A stretch of DNA of 60,297 nucleotides, the filler included, from a candidate division TA06 bacterium SM23_40 (lineage in GTDB: Bacteria; LJUI01; SM1-40), in the NCBI GenBank assembly GCA_001303705.1. It is 7 parts of 7 records of this genome, joined end to end, with 100 filler letters (N's around TTAATTAATTAA, not from the genome) between each part and the next. Parts side by side here need not be neighbours in the genome. Positions count along the whole stretch, not along the records: positions 6,318 to 14,636 come from LJUI01000146.1; positions 14,737 to 20,921 come from LJUI01000147.1; 5 more parts are not named here. One strand, written 5' to 3'. The translations under genes were made by a program, and so were the position numbers. Below, one piece after another: positions 9,345-19,147 of the stretch. Each line of letters opens with the position of its first letter. Position 1 is the first letter of the stretch. The notes beneath the pieces were generated by a model, which searched no databases, was not told the origin of the DNA, and saw only the letters and a program-made list of their open reading frames with translations.

Positions 9345-10111
9345 GAGATCATATCGTCATAGGACTCGGCACGGGAAGATGCGGGACGAAAACGCTCTCG
9401 CGAATTCTGGGCTTCACCCACGAGGGTCGTCATCTGCCGTGGATCTATTGTGAGCCGCTCTTCCAGAATGCTCTGTCCTTTGTTCGTGAGCACCGCGGAG
9501 ATGTGGGATGCTATTGGCTCAACTACGTCGAGCCGCTTCTTCAAGCTCATCCAGATACGAAGTTTGTCTGTTTGCAACGAGACAAAGAGTCTACGGTCAA
9601 GAGTTGGCGGCGTAGGATGGTCGGCCGCAAGGAGTTCGGGATCTACGTAATGTACGTCGACCCGACTGGTCGGATCCGCGCTCCGTCTATGTTCCCCGAT
9701 TACAAGGGTGTCGCTCTCGATAGGGCTGCTGCTCTCTACTGGGAGACCTATTACGAGAAGGCTCGGAAGCTCGAGGAGCTTTATCCTTCTGCCTTTAGAA
9801 TCTATCCGATGGACGAGGTCTTGAATGATAAGCGTGCTCAGAGGAAGATGCTGAAGTTTGCCGGCATGACCAATGCTCCTCGTGTAAAGAAGAGGGAGAA
9901 TCGTGGGGGTATGCACGACTCCGAGTTTGGAAACATGATGGCGGATATCAGTGCCGAGATGATCGAGAAGTATGATCTTCGGCCGGGAGCACGGATGTGC
10001 ATCAAGCCTCCACTGGGAAGCCGGCTGGGAGAGCTTGCGGTGAAGAGGGGCGTATCGAAGTCCGTTACCGAGCCGATCATGCTGGAATTCAACAAGGGGC
10101 TAATCAAATGA
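9341..10111 (+). CDS. Sulfotransferase-family (PAPS-binding P-loop) protein
   Basis: IVIGLGTGRCGTKTL (5'-PSB loop) and KFVCLQRDKESTVKSW (3'-PB R...S motif); ATGA-coupled to the upstream gene. Confidence 0.7.
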   Translation: MRDHIVIGLGTGRCGTKTLSRILGFTHEGRHLPWIYCEPLFQNALSFVREHRGDVGCYWLNYVEPLLQAHPDTKFVCLQRDKESTVKSWRRRMVGRKEFGIYVMYVDPTGRIRAPSMFPDYKGVALDRAAALYWETYYEKARKLEELYPSAFRIYPMDEVLNDKRAQRKMLKFAGMTNAPRVKKRENRGGMHDSEFGNMMADISAEMIEKYDLRPGARMCIKPPLGSRLGELAVKRGVSKSVTEPIMLEFNKGLIK

Positions 10112-10893
10112 GGCAATATCTGACGAAGGCGCAGAGGGATGCTTACGAAGAGGACCGGCGAACCTTTCAGGATCAGCTCTCGAATCCTGCTGTGCAGGAG
10201 AAGGCTGCCGTCCGGCGTGAGCTGAGAAAAGTCGAGCAGATCCTCTCGACGCAATCTCCGCCCGAGCTGAAGGGAGCCGATCTCGACAAGGCGGTAAAGG
10301 CCGAGAAGGAGCTTCGTGAGGAGATCGTGCCCAACATGCTCTCGCAGGAAGAAATGCGGAAGAATCCGCCTGGCGCGGTGGGCCGCGAGCGTGCATTCCA
10401 GAAGCGCTACAAGGAGAAGATCCTCGCCTGGAAGAATCTCCGGCGTGCGATCGAGCGCGACTCGGACGACCCCGATCTCTCGAATCTCGAGGTCTATCGT
10501 CCAACGGTCTCGCAGCTCAACATGCAGAACGCCCAGATTCCAGGCAGGGACTACAACTTCCCGAGCGAGCGGTTCCAGGCCAACTACGATCAAGTCAAGT
10601 GGAATAAGAGTAATCCTGAGACGACGATGACGGCTCTACCGGACTCCTATGAGGTGACGAGCACAGAAGATGTTGTGTTGGTCGATCCTGCCACTGACGA
10701 GAGTCAGAATCTGCGGGATGAGATGCGGGGGATCAAGGCGGAGAATGAGACGCTAAAGAGCAGCGCTGGGCCGGCGAAGCCGATACACAAAAGAGGCAAG
10801 ATGAGCGCTGAGCAGCGGAAGATCCAGAGCGAGCGCATGAAAGCGTACCACGCCAGGAAGAGGGCCGAGAAGGCAGCTAAGGAGGTCAGCTAG
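10108..10893 (+). CDS. Phage hypothetical protein, helical, with basic C-terminal tail
   Basis: ATGA overlap with the sulfotransferase stop; tail KMSAEQRKIQSERMKAYHARKRAEK resembles NUMOD3-like basic helices. Confidence 0.65.
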   Translation: MRQYLTKAQRDAYEEDRRTFQDQLSNPAVQEKAAVRRELRKVEQILSTQSPPELKGADLDKAVKAEKELREEIVPNMLSQEEMRKNPPGAVGRERAFQKRYKEKILAWKNLRRAIERDSDDPDLSNLEVYRPTVSQLNMQNAQIPGRDYNFPSERFQANYDQVKWNKSNPETTMTALPDSYEVTSTEDVVLVDPATDESQNLRDEMRGIKAENETLKSSAGPAKPIHKRGKMSAEQRKIQSERMKAYHARKRAEKAAKEVS

Positions 10894-11897
10894 TGGCATT
10901 CCCTTATAACTTTGAGAGCAATTTCGAGCAGGGAAGCAACGCTGAATGGGATAGTGAGACCGACAACGACAGCGCTCTCGACTTCCCGAGCTACAAGATC
11001 TTGGCTGGCGTTGGAGCCGAGCCTTACATTGGTGCCTATTGCATGAGGCTTGCGATGGGCGGTACCAATGATGCGATACTCAGTGAAGGCGACATCGATA
11101 TTGCGGCTGGAGCAACGCGCTACATCCGTTTCGATGTCTACGTAAGCTCCAACTTCGCTGGTGGTGCTACGGATAGCTTCAATCTACTCGAGCTTCAGCA
11201 GACAGGCGGCACGGTGGAGGCGACCTTCGGAGCGAAGGTGACGACAAGCACAAACGTCGTGCAGTTTGGTATCGGTGAGACGGCGCCAACGAGTCTCACA
11301 CAGGCGATCGCGAAGGGTGTGTGGAATACGGTAGAGCTGAAAGTCGTCTGTGACTCTGGTGGTAATAACGATGGAACGATCGATCTCTATCTGACGCAGC
11401 AGGGCCACAGAACCGCGACCGGTGTTGCTGCGACGCAGGTTGGCACGCTTGATCAGGGAGCGATCGGACAAGGTGTGCTGGGTCTTCAGGGAGGTGTCGC
11501 GACGACGACTGGCTTCATTTTGATCGACAACTTCGCCATGGACGACGGAAGGCTCTATCCAACGCTGAGATTCCCACCAGTCCCTGTGCTCACGAAGTCT
11601 AGGCATGTGATTCTCGGCCAGGGGAAGCTTGGGATCATCAGCCTTCTATCTGGAGGTGCTGCGGACAACGTCCTTCGCGTCTGGGATACGGATGCCGCCG
11701 ATACGACAAATCAGTCGAATCTGGTGCTCGAGCTTCGCAACACGGCTGCTTCGCAGACGGTCTTCTCGCAGGAGCCAGTCTACGTGAGACACGGCGCCTA
11801 CGTGGAGCTCAGCGGTACGAATCCGAGGGCGACCGTCAAGGTCGAGCACGGAAACCACTCAGCCGGAGCGATCCGGAGATTGGGGATGGTTGGATGA
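10893..11897 (+). CDS. Phage virion protein, beta-sandwich (LamG/concanavalin-like, tentative)
   Basis: AAGGAGG RBS, GTG start; beta-rich, GVWNTVELKV...IDLYL...ILIDNF pattern. Confidence 0.55.
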   Translation: MAFPYNFESNFEQGSNAEWDSETDNDSALDFPSYKILAGVGAEPYIGAYCMRLAMGGTNDAILSEGDIDIAAGATRYIRFDVYVSSNFAGGATDSFNLLELQQTGGTVEATFGAKVTTSTNVVQFGIGETAPTSLTQAIAKGVWNTVELKVVCDSGGNNDGTIDLYLTQQGHRTATGVAATQVGTLDQGAIGQGVLGLQGGVATTTGFILIDNFAMDDGRLYPTLRFPPVPVLTKSRHVILGQGKLGIISLLSGGAADNVLRVWDTDAADTTNQSNLVLELRNTAASQTVFSQEPVYVRHGAYVELSGTNPRATVKVEHGNHSAGAIRRLGMVG

Positions 11898-12328
11898 AGT
11901 GGCTACTGATTCTTCTTCTGCTGCTGCCCAGCACGGCATGGGCAGGCTGGAGCAATGACGAGGATGGTACCGGGACGGAGTGTGAGGACGAGCAGCCCAA
12001 TCCGACTTCACAGCGGCGGTGCTGGTGGAACTTTACCAGTGCAGATAGCACCAACAACAGCAATCTCTTGAAGGTCGACCAGTGTGAGAACTGGAGCATC
12101 GCATGTGTGCCTGACTTCGACGGTACAGGTACTACGGCGACGGTGAAGCCCTACATCTGCCTAGACGACGCTTGCAATACGAATGCCTGCTATAACCCGC
12201 GAAACGTCGTCTTCAACAGCACGACACACGCGATGTATGGTGCTGATGGAACGTGGATCTGCCTAGATATAATCACGGCGGCTGGTTCTGGCGAGAATGG
12301 CCGCTGTGAATTCAGGTGCAACCAGTAG
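11894..12328 (+). CDS. Phage secreted Cys-rich protein (144 aa)
   Basis: Signal peptide MKWLLILLLLLPSTAWA; 10 Cys; ATGA overlap. Confidence 0.7.
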   Translation: MKWLLILLLLLPSTAWAGWSNDEDGTGTECEDEQPNPTSQRRCWWNFTSADSTNNSNLLKVDQCENWSIACVPDFDGTGTTATVKPYICLDDACNTNACYNPRNVVFNSTTHAMYGADGTWICLDIITAAGSGENGRCEFRCNQ

Positions 12329-13348
12329 ATGGCTGCTGAAACGTTATACGACGATTTCGAGACTCTCTACACGGATCTCCTGAATAGGGTTCGCGAGAGT
12401 ACCAGCGTTACTGCAACGGTGACGCTTGCTAAGCGCTTCATCAATATTGCAGTTGAAGATATGCATATCGGGGCTAGCGAGACGCTGCCATGGGCCGAAC
12501 GAAGATCCCACATCCTGACTCAGCCGACCTATACGACGGGTACGTTGAGCGCAACGAAGGGATCACAGGTCGTTACAGGCTCTGGCACATCATGGAAGAC
12601 CGATAACGATTTTGGTGTCAATAACGTCAGGCGAGATGGGAAGCTATTGATCAATGGAACGACGGAGCCCTATCGTGTCTATAGCGTTACCAATGATACC
12701 CAGCTTGCAATAACATCGAAGTTCATCGACGACGATGTGAGCGGTGCAAGCTATACGTACTTCGAGGACGAGTACGATCTGGCCTCTGACTTTGGACGTC
12801 CGATCGACTGGAGGACCTTCTCGGACGGATACAGCATTCCGATGATCAGTCGCACCGAGTTCTACAGGAGATTCCCGAGAAATAGCTCTCCAGGCAAGGT
12901 CAAGGTCGCAACGATCATCGATGTCGATGATGCAACCACGCTGCCCGTCAGGAAAGTGCTCTTCCACAATCCTCCCGATGAGGCTCAGGTGATCCCGTAT
13001 CACTATGTCACCAAGTACCTATGTGTGCAAGATGACGGCACACGGTTGGATTATATGACTGGCAATTCTGATGAGCCGCTCGTGCCGAAGAGGTACAGGC
13101 TCGCGATCGTCCTCAATGCGCTCTACCACTGGTATCGTGACCGAAAGGACGATACCCGTGCACAGGAGGCGAGGGCCGAGTACATCGACTTCATGATGAG
13201 GATGATGAATGATCTCGAGATCGGCTCAAAGCGCCCGAGCATCGTGCCGCGTGTTGGCCCTTACTGGCTCAAGGCGAGACGACCGTGGTCAGGATCGTGC
13301 TCGCCTCGTTATGACATCTACGATCGCTTCGATAGGATGGAGTGGTGA
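12329..13348 (+). CDS. Head-tail adaptor (P22 gp4/T7 tubular protein A-like) with inserted beta domain
   Basis: Helical N-terminus (LYTDLLNRV...AKRFINIA), YDLASDF, P..A..I.Y.Y, DEPLVPKRYRLAIV pattern of podophage adaptors. Confidence 0.65.
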   Translation: MAAETLYDDFETLYTDLLNRVRESTSVTATVTLAKRFINIAVEDMHIGASETLPWAERRSHILTQPTYTTGTLSATKGSQVVTGSGTSWKTDNDFGVNNVRRDGKLLINGTTEPYRVYSVTNDTQLAITSKFIDDDVSGASYTYFEDEYDLASDFGRPIDWRTFSDGYSIPMISRTEFYRRFPRNSSPGKVKVATIIDVDDATTLPVRKVLFHNPPDEAQVIPYHYVTKYLCVQDDGTRLDYMTGNSDEPLVPKRYRLAIVLNALYHWYRDRKDDTRAQEARAEYIDFMMRMMNDLEIGSKRPSIVPRVGPYWLKARRPWSGSCSPRYDIYDRFDRMEW

Positions 13349-13351
13349 CGG

Positions 13352-14636
13352 ATGGCGACTCGCGTCAAGACGATCCGGCACCTCTTCAACGGAGGCTGGG
13401 CGACGGACTACGGCCCGACGGCCGAGGTGCAGGTAGGTCCTGACGGCTTCCTGCGGATTCCGTACCTGCTCAAACGATGGTGGACCGCACAAGGTCGGCG
13501 GCACGGCAAAGCTCAACAGCTCGGCACTGGAGAGTGGTGCCGCGATCCGCGGCGTCTATGACTACTGGCGGCAGGGTACGAGCGGAAGTCCGACCCAGAA
13601 GCGTATCGTTCACGTCTCCACCAAGGTCTACCAGGACGATGCGGACGGCAGCTTCTCGAGTCTCTTCACGGGCCTGTCTGATACCGCGATTCCCTCTTAT
13701 GCCACCTTCGACGATGTTCTGATCATCTCCAGCGATTCAAACAATCCGGCAGATGTTCCGAGATATTGGGATACTGTCACGCCCAGGGCTCTCGGAACGA
13801 ATACGCCAAACTTCGCCTTCGGCTGTGCGCACAAGAATCGGTGGTGGGCGGCTGGCGTCGCGAGCAATCCATCGCTCGTCTATTACAGCCCGGATCTCAC
13901 GAATAGCGGTCCAGACGGCGACTGGGACGGTGCGACATCCGGCTACATCCAAGTTGATCCTGGTGATGGAGACCGGATCGTCGGTCTGGCCTCGCACAAG
14001 GATGACCTCTGGGTCTTCAAGGGCCCCTACAAGAAGAGCATTCACCGTATCGCTGGATCCGCACCGACTGGAGACGACGGATTCTCGCTTCACCCCTTCA
14101 TCCAGGGTGTGAGTGCGGTCTACCATAACTCGATCTTCAAGTTTCGCGATGACCTCGGCTTTATGGACTCCGATGGAGCGGTCCATGCGCTCTCTGCCGT
14201 TGCCGCCTATGGAGACTTCAAGGAGGCTGCTCTTAATCGAGATATCAATAGATGGATCGCTGAGCATGTCAACAATACGGTACTCAATACGGCTTGGGCG
14301 GTGACGCAGCCTGCTCTCGGCAGGACGCTCTTCGCGATTCCGATCGATGCATCATCTACGCCCAATGCGCTGCTCTCGATGGACTACCGCTTCGCGCCGG
14401 TGCGCTGGTCGTATCTTACATTCGCGTCGGCATTCGAGCCGCAGTCAATCGCTCCCGTGATCGACTCTGCATCGAGCAACAGGCATATTTTCATGGCTGG
14501 ATGCAACGACGGCTACGTCAGAAAGCTCGATCAGGCGACTCGCTCGATCGACGGCTCGACTGGCATCTCCGCCGATGTCGCGATACCATATCTCAACTAT
14601 GGCACGCCAAAGAGGATGAAGACGCTGTTTGACTTC
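13352..14636 (+). pseudogene. Tail nozzle/stabilisation protein (P22 gp10/T7 tubular B-like), one frameshift near 13474; 3'-truncated
   Basis: MATRVKTIRHLFNGGW...PYLLK in one frame; the +1 frame is open from 13476 (DGGPHKVGG...HKNRWWAAG...LVYYS...GDRIVGLASHKDDLWVFK) to the contig end. Confidence 0.65.
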
Positions 14637-14736
14637 NNNNNNNNNNNNNNNNNNNNNNNNNNNNNNNNNNNNNNNNNNNNTTAATTAATTAANNNNNNNN
14701 NNNNNNNNNNNNNNNNNNNNNNNNNNNNNNNNNNNN
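14637..14736. other. Artificial contig linker
   Basis: N44-TTAATTAATTAA-N44. Confidence 0.98.
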
Positions 14737-16389
14737 TCGATTATCCTCCTGGGGATCGTGATCTACGGAAACACGCTCCCCAATGGCTTCACGTATGACG
14801 ATCACTTTCAGATCGAGCAGAATGAGGCGCTCCGTACGTGGTCGCAGTTCGTTCACCGCACTTCGCTGTACCGGCCGCTCACCAAGTTAACGTGGTTCGC
14901 GGATTATCACCTGTGGGGGCTCAATCCCCTCGGGTACCACCTCACGAATCTGATCCTGCATATCCTTGCTTCGATCGCTCTGTACTCCTTTGTCTGGCGG
15001 CTTCTCAGGAGGCACTGGAGTGCGTGGGCCGCGTCGATAATCTTCCTCGCCCATCCTGTTCATACGGAATCGGTGGCTTCTGTCGCCAACCGCGGCGACG
15101 TTCTGGCGGCCGTGCTCGTCTTCTCTGCCTGGGCACTCGTGGCAACTGAACGTCCCGCGAGGTGGGCATCTGCAGGGGCGTGCGCGCTCTTCATCCTTGC
15201 CTTGCTGTCGAAGGAGACGACGGCAGTCTTCCCTGTCCTGCTCCTGGCACAGCGACGTCTCCTTCCTGCAGGTCAGGGAAGGGAACGGACTCCCCTATCG
15301 ACGGACCTGAAGCTGGTCAGTCCTCTACTCGTACTCTCAGCCATCGCCTTGGGATATGCCGGGTGCAAGCTCTTCATCACCTGGGGCACGTTCGGTCAGA
15401 CTTGGGGATCGATGGGTCACAGCCTCTCGGGCGGGAGGAGCTATGGAGAGATTCTCATCACCGAGCTGGGTGCCGTGCCGGTCTATCTGCGGCTCCTCGT
15501 CGCACCATCGGGTCTCCGCGCCGACTACTACTTCCCATCGGATGCACCGCTCCACGGAATGGATGCCTGGCTCGGCCTCGTGTTCGTGGCGGGCCTGATC
15601 ACCATCGCATGCCTCATGCTCCGACGTGCTGCCACGGTGTCCATTGGCCTGCTCTGGTTCATCCTGTTCATGCTTCCGGTGTCGAACATCGTCCCCGGTG
15701 CATTTTTCGTGGCTGAACGATACCTGTACATCCCGTCAGGAGGATTCTGCCTCATCGGTGCCGTTGCCCTCGATCGTCTTCGCCGAGCAGGAGCTCCAAG
15801 CGCCATGAGGTTCCAGTGGGGAGCCACTGCCCTGCTCGCCGTCGTCACCCTCTCTTTCTCCTGGCTCACGATCTCGCGCAACAGGGAGTGGCGCGATGAT
15901 CTCGTGCTATGGCGGGCCACCTTGCGCGAGAACCCGCTCTCCGCTCCCGCACGTACAAACCTGGGCCTTGCGGAGATGGCCAGAAAGAACTACCATGAGG
16001 CGATCTATCATCTCGAGCAGGCAGTCGCGCTGCGGCCCGACCTGGCCGAGCCGCACAACAATCTCGGAGCGGCGTACGGGGAGGCAGGCCGCTCTCTGGA
16101 CGCCGTAGCTCAGTTCTCCGTGGCCGCCGCTATCGCGCCACAGGTGCCCAAGTTTCGCTACAACCTCGCACTCGCGCATAAGGAAGCGGGCCAGATTGAC
16201 AGCGCGATCCGTGAGCTCGTGAGGGTGGTGGAACTGTGGCCGGAGTTCGCCGGTGCTCACTACGAACTGGGATTGTTATATCTGGAGGCCGGCGACTTAG
16301 AGGATGCCCGACGCCATTTCGCCCTCTCGGGGCGCAATGCACGGGATGAACCCGACGAGAACGGGTCGGGCCGGACGAACACGAGGTGA
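14737..16389 (+). CDS. TMTC-like GT-C protein O-mannosyltransferase with TPR repeats; 5'-truncated
   Basis: FTYDD, YRPL, GYHLTNLILH, HPVHTESV, SKE, AERYLYIP motifs; multiple TM helices; C-terminal TPRs (NLG...A). Confidence 0.85.
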   Translation, partial: SIILLGIVIYGNTLPNGFTYDDHFQIEQNEALRTWSQFVHRTSLYRPLTKLTWFADYHLWGLNPLGYHLTNLILHILASIALYSFVWRLLRRHWSAWAASIIFLAHPVHTESVASVANRGDVLAAVLVFSAWALVATERPARWASAGACALFILALLSKETTAVFPVLLLAQRRLLPAGQGRERTPLSTDLKLVSPLLVLSAIALGYAGCKLFITWGTFGQTWGSMGHSLSGGRSYGEILITELGAVPVYLRLLVAPSGLRADYYFPSDAPLHGMDAWLGLVFVAGLITIACLMLRRAATVSIGLLWFILFMLPVSNIVPGAFFVAERYLYIPSGGFCLIGAVALDRLRRAGAPSAMRFQWGATALLAVVTLSFSWLTISRNREWRDDLVLWRATLRENPLSAPARTNLGLAEMARKNYHEAIYHLEQAVALRPDLAEPHNNLGAAYGEAGRSLDAVAQFSVAAAIAPQVPKFRYNLALAHKEAGQIDSAIRELVRVVELWPEFAGAHYELGLLYLEAGDLEDARRHFALSGRNARDEPDENGSGRTNTR

Positions 16390-16393
16390 GCCG

Positions 16394-17650
16394 ATGACCG
16401 CCCCACAGCAGCGGCCGCACATACTCCACCTCAACTTCGGCACCGAGCTCGGAGGCACGGAGACGATGATCCTCCACTATCTCGACCACGCTGACACCGG
16501 TTCGTTCCGCTACTCCGTGGCCGCCTTTGCACACCGAGGGCCGCTCCTCCAGGAGGCGGCGAGGCGGGGGTGCCGGACGCTCCTCCTGGGAATGAGATCT
16601 GAGCGGGATCTGCTGGGCATCCTCCGTGCAGTGCCCAGGCTCCATCGATTTATGAGGCAGGAGAGGGTCGCGCTCGTCCATACCTATGGGCTGCACACCG
16701 GCATCATCGGAAGAGCCGTCGCCCGATCGGCCGGAGCCAGAGTTGTCGCAGGGCAGAGGACAGCCGACAGCCGCCGCCCGCGAATGCACTCTCTCCTCAA
16801 CCGGCTGACCTCGCGGTGGGTTGACCTCTATGTCTCCAACTCAGAGGCAGGCCGCCGACTCCTCATCGAGAGAGACGGTATCCCCGCGGCAAGAGCGATC
16901 ACCGTCCGTAGCGGTATCGACCCTCAATGGGGCCGGGACCTGGGTGCAGGAGACAGGCCCGGACACCGCGATAGATCCTTCCCCGGAGCGGAGAAGATCG
17001 GCGAACATGATGCTGTTGTCGGCATGATCGCACACTTCCGGCGGGGGAAGTTATTCCACCAGTTAATCCGGGTCGGGGATATGGTTCTGCGATCCATACC
17101 CGCGGTGAAATTCGTCCTCGCAGGGGACGGGGAGACGCGGGGCCGGATCGAGCGTCTGGCGCAGGAAACCGAGGGCCGGTCGGCATTCGTATTCGCCGGC
17201 GCCCTCGCAGACATCGGACCTCTGCTCCGCCAGCTCGATCTCTTCGTCCTCGCTACAGAGACAGAGGGACTTCCAGTATCGATCATCGAGGCGATGGCCG
17301 TGGGCAAACCTGTAATCGCCACACAGGTCGGGGGCATCCCCGAACTCGTGGAGGATGGGATAACAGGCCTCCTCGTCAGGCCCGGAGATGACCATGCTCT
17401 GGCGGATGCCATACTCCGTCTTCTTCGAGATCCCGCGTTGGCCAGGAGAATGGGCGAGGCAGGACGGAGACGCATCGCGGAATCGTTCGGTATCGAGTCG
17501 ATGGTGAAAAGACTGGAGCAGATCTACCGGCACGTGCTGGAACTCGATCGGCACGAACCAGGGGTTGATCGGCGCGTGCCAGGAGTCGATGGACACGTGC
17601 TGGCGGCCGATCGGGACGTACCGGGAGGCGGTGGCTCTGCATCTCGATGA
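16394..17650 (+). CDS. Glycosyltransferase family 4
   Basis: GGTE N-terminal motif; DLFVLATETEGLPVSIIEAMAVGKPVIATQVGGIPE. Confidence 0.9.
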   Translation: MTAPQQRPHILHLNFGTELGGTETMILHYLDHADTGSFRYSVAAFAHRGPLLQEAARRGCRTLLLGMRSERDLLGILRAVPRLHRFMRQERVALVHTYGLHTGIIGRAVARSAGARVVAGQRTADSRRPRMHSLLNRLTSRWVDLYVSNSEAGRRLLIERDGIPAARAITVRSGIDPQWGRDLGAGDRPGHRDRSFPGAEKIGEHDAVVGMIAHFRRGKLFHQLIRVGDMVLRSIPAVKFVLAGDGETRGRIERLAQETEGRSAFVFAGALADIGPLLRQLDLFVLATETEGLPVSIIEAMAVGKPVIATQVGGIPELVEDGITGLLVRPGDDHALADAILRLLRDPALARRMGEAGRRRIAESFGIESMVKRLEQIYRHVLELDRHEPGVDRRVPGVDGHVLAADRDVPGGGGSASR

Positions 17651-17710
17651 GTGACCGCTCTATCGCGCCTGTGTGCGAGACCGTGCCGACCAGCAACAGG
17701 GAAGAGAAGA

Positions 17711-19147
17711 ATGGATCCGGACCCTCAATCGCGCTCGTTCCGGCGTACTATGTACAGGGCAGCCGAACGCCTCACGGGCAGAAGGATAGAGGCCACCTAC
17801 CGAGCCCTGCTCGCACACGACACCCTGGGAGCGGATGAGATCCGTGCGCTCCAGTGGCATAAGCTCAAGGCGCTCCTGGAAGATGTCTATAGTTCCGTAC
17901 CCTTCTATCGTCGCCGGTTCGAAGAAGCCGGAATCAGGCCTGACGATGTGAGAGGATGGGAAGATTTCCGAAGACTCCCCCTTACGTCAAAGCGTGACAT
18001 CAAGGCCGCCTACTCTCACGAGGTGGTGGCCTCCGATCGACTCCATACGAGACTCATCGAGCGAGTGACCACTGGCACCACTGATGCTCCGCTTCGGTTC
18101 GTCATCGACACGGAGATGTTCGATCTCGGCGTCGCACGCGCGCTTCGCGTCCTCGATTGGGCCGGATCGACGCTGGGAGACAGAATGGTGCAGCTCGGGC
18201 CGATCAGAGAGCGACGCGGGCTCCAGCACCGCCTCTTCGCCCATATGACTCAGAGACTCGTCCTCGATACCCTCGCGCTCACCACCAGTTCCACTCCACT
18301 CTGCTGTCCGGCGGACACCTCAGTCCCCGACCAGATCGACCTCGACCGGGCGGGGCGCTACTGCCGATCGATCGCCGCCCAGAGGCCCGGCCTCATCTAC
18401 GGATACGTCACGGACCTCCTCGCCCTCGCCGCGTATATCGAACATACCGGCTTCACCGGGATCCGTCCCCGGGCAGTAGTCTCCTCCGCCGAGATCCTCA
18501 CCGATCCCGCACGGCGCCGCCTGGAGACGATCTTCGGCGCCGAGGTCTTCGACCTGTACGGCGCGACGGAATTCCCGGCGATAGCCTGCGAATGTGAAGT
18601 TCACAACGGCCTCCACGTCCTCTCCGATAGCTATGTCGTGGAGATTATCTCCGACGGGAGAGATGCATCGCCCGGTGAGACCGGCGAGGTAGTCATCACC
18701 GACCTCGACAACCGCGTCATGCCGTTCATACGGTACAGAATAGGAGATGCCGCGAGGGCGACGGACAGGCGCTGTTCATGCGGGCGCAGCTTCCCGCTCA
18801 TCGACATGATCGAAGGGAGGACAAGCGAGGTTGTCGTCGCGCCAGGAGGCCGGCTCCTCCTCGCTCGCCGGTTCGCCACCATCCTCCAAGAGATGGAAGA
18901 CGTGAGGGCGTTTCGCATCGTGCAGGAAAGGATCGATCGACTCGACGTGCAGATCGTCACACGGCCATCCTGGACATCGCAGCATGGCGAATCCCTCCTC
19001 CAGCGCATCCGTGCCCTCGTGGGCGAAGACATGGAGGTCACACTCAGCCAGGTTCCCGACCTGGCGGTCGATCCCTCACGCAAGGAGCGGTACCTCTATT
19101 CATCCGTGGAATACGACATAGTGGGTGGAAGGTGCTACCGTTCCTAG
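17711..19147 (+). CDS. Phenylacetate-CoA ligase family/CapK-like adenylate-forming enzyme
   Basis: VPFYRRRF, LPLTSK, TTGTT, YGATE, IACEC, MPFIRYRIGD, IEGR motifs. Alternative GTG start at 17651. Confidence 0.85.
   Translation: MDPDPQSRSFRRTMYRAAERLTGRRIEATYRALLAHDTLGADEIRALQWHKLKALLEDVYSSVPFYRRRFEEAGIRPDDVRGWEDFRRLPLTSKRDIKAAYSHEVVASDRLHTRLIERVTTGTTDAPLRFVIDTEMFDLGVARALRVLDWAGSTLGDRMVQLGPIRERRGLQHRLFAHMTQRLVLDTLALTTSSTPLCCPADTSVPDQIDLDRAGRYCRSIAAQRPGLIYGYVTDLLALAAYIEHTGFTGIRPRAVVSSAEILTDPARRRLETIFGAEVFDLYGATEFPAIACECEVHNGLHVLSDSYVVEIISDGRDASPGETGEVVITDLDNRVMPFIRYRIGDAARATDRRCSCGRSFPLIDMIEGRTSEVVVAPGGRLLLARRFATILQEMEDVRAFRIVQERIDRLDVQIVTRPSWTSQHGESLLQRIRALVGEDMEVTLSQVPDLAVDPSRKERYLYSSVEYDIVGGRCYRS

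Larger units (their letters stand above)
6318..14636 (+). mobile_element. Phage/prophage virion morphogenesis region (short-tailed, P22/T7-like adaptor and nozzle); both ends truncated
   Basis: Tightly packed co-oriented genes with overlapping start/stop codons, running from the capsid C-terminus to adaptor- and nozzle-like genes; no host genes on the contig. Confidence 0.8.
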
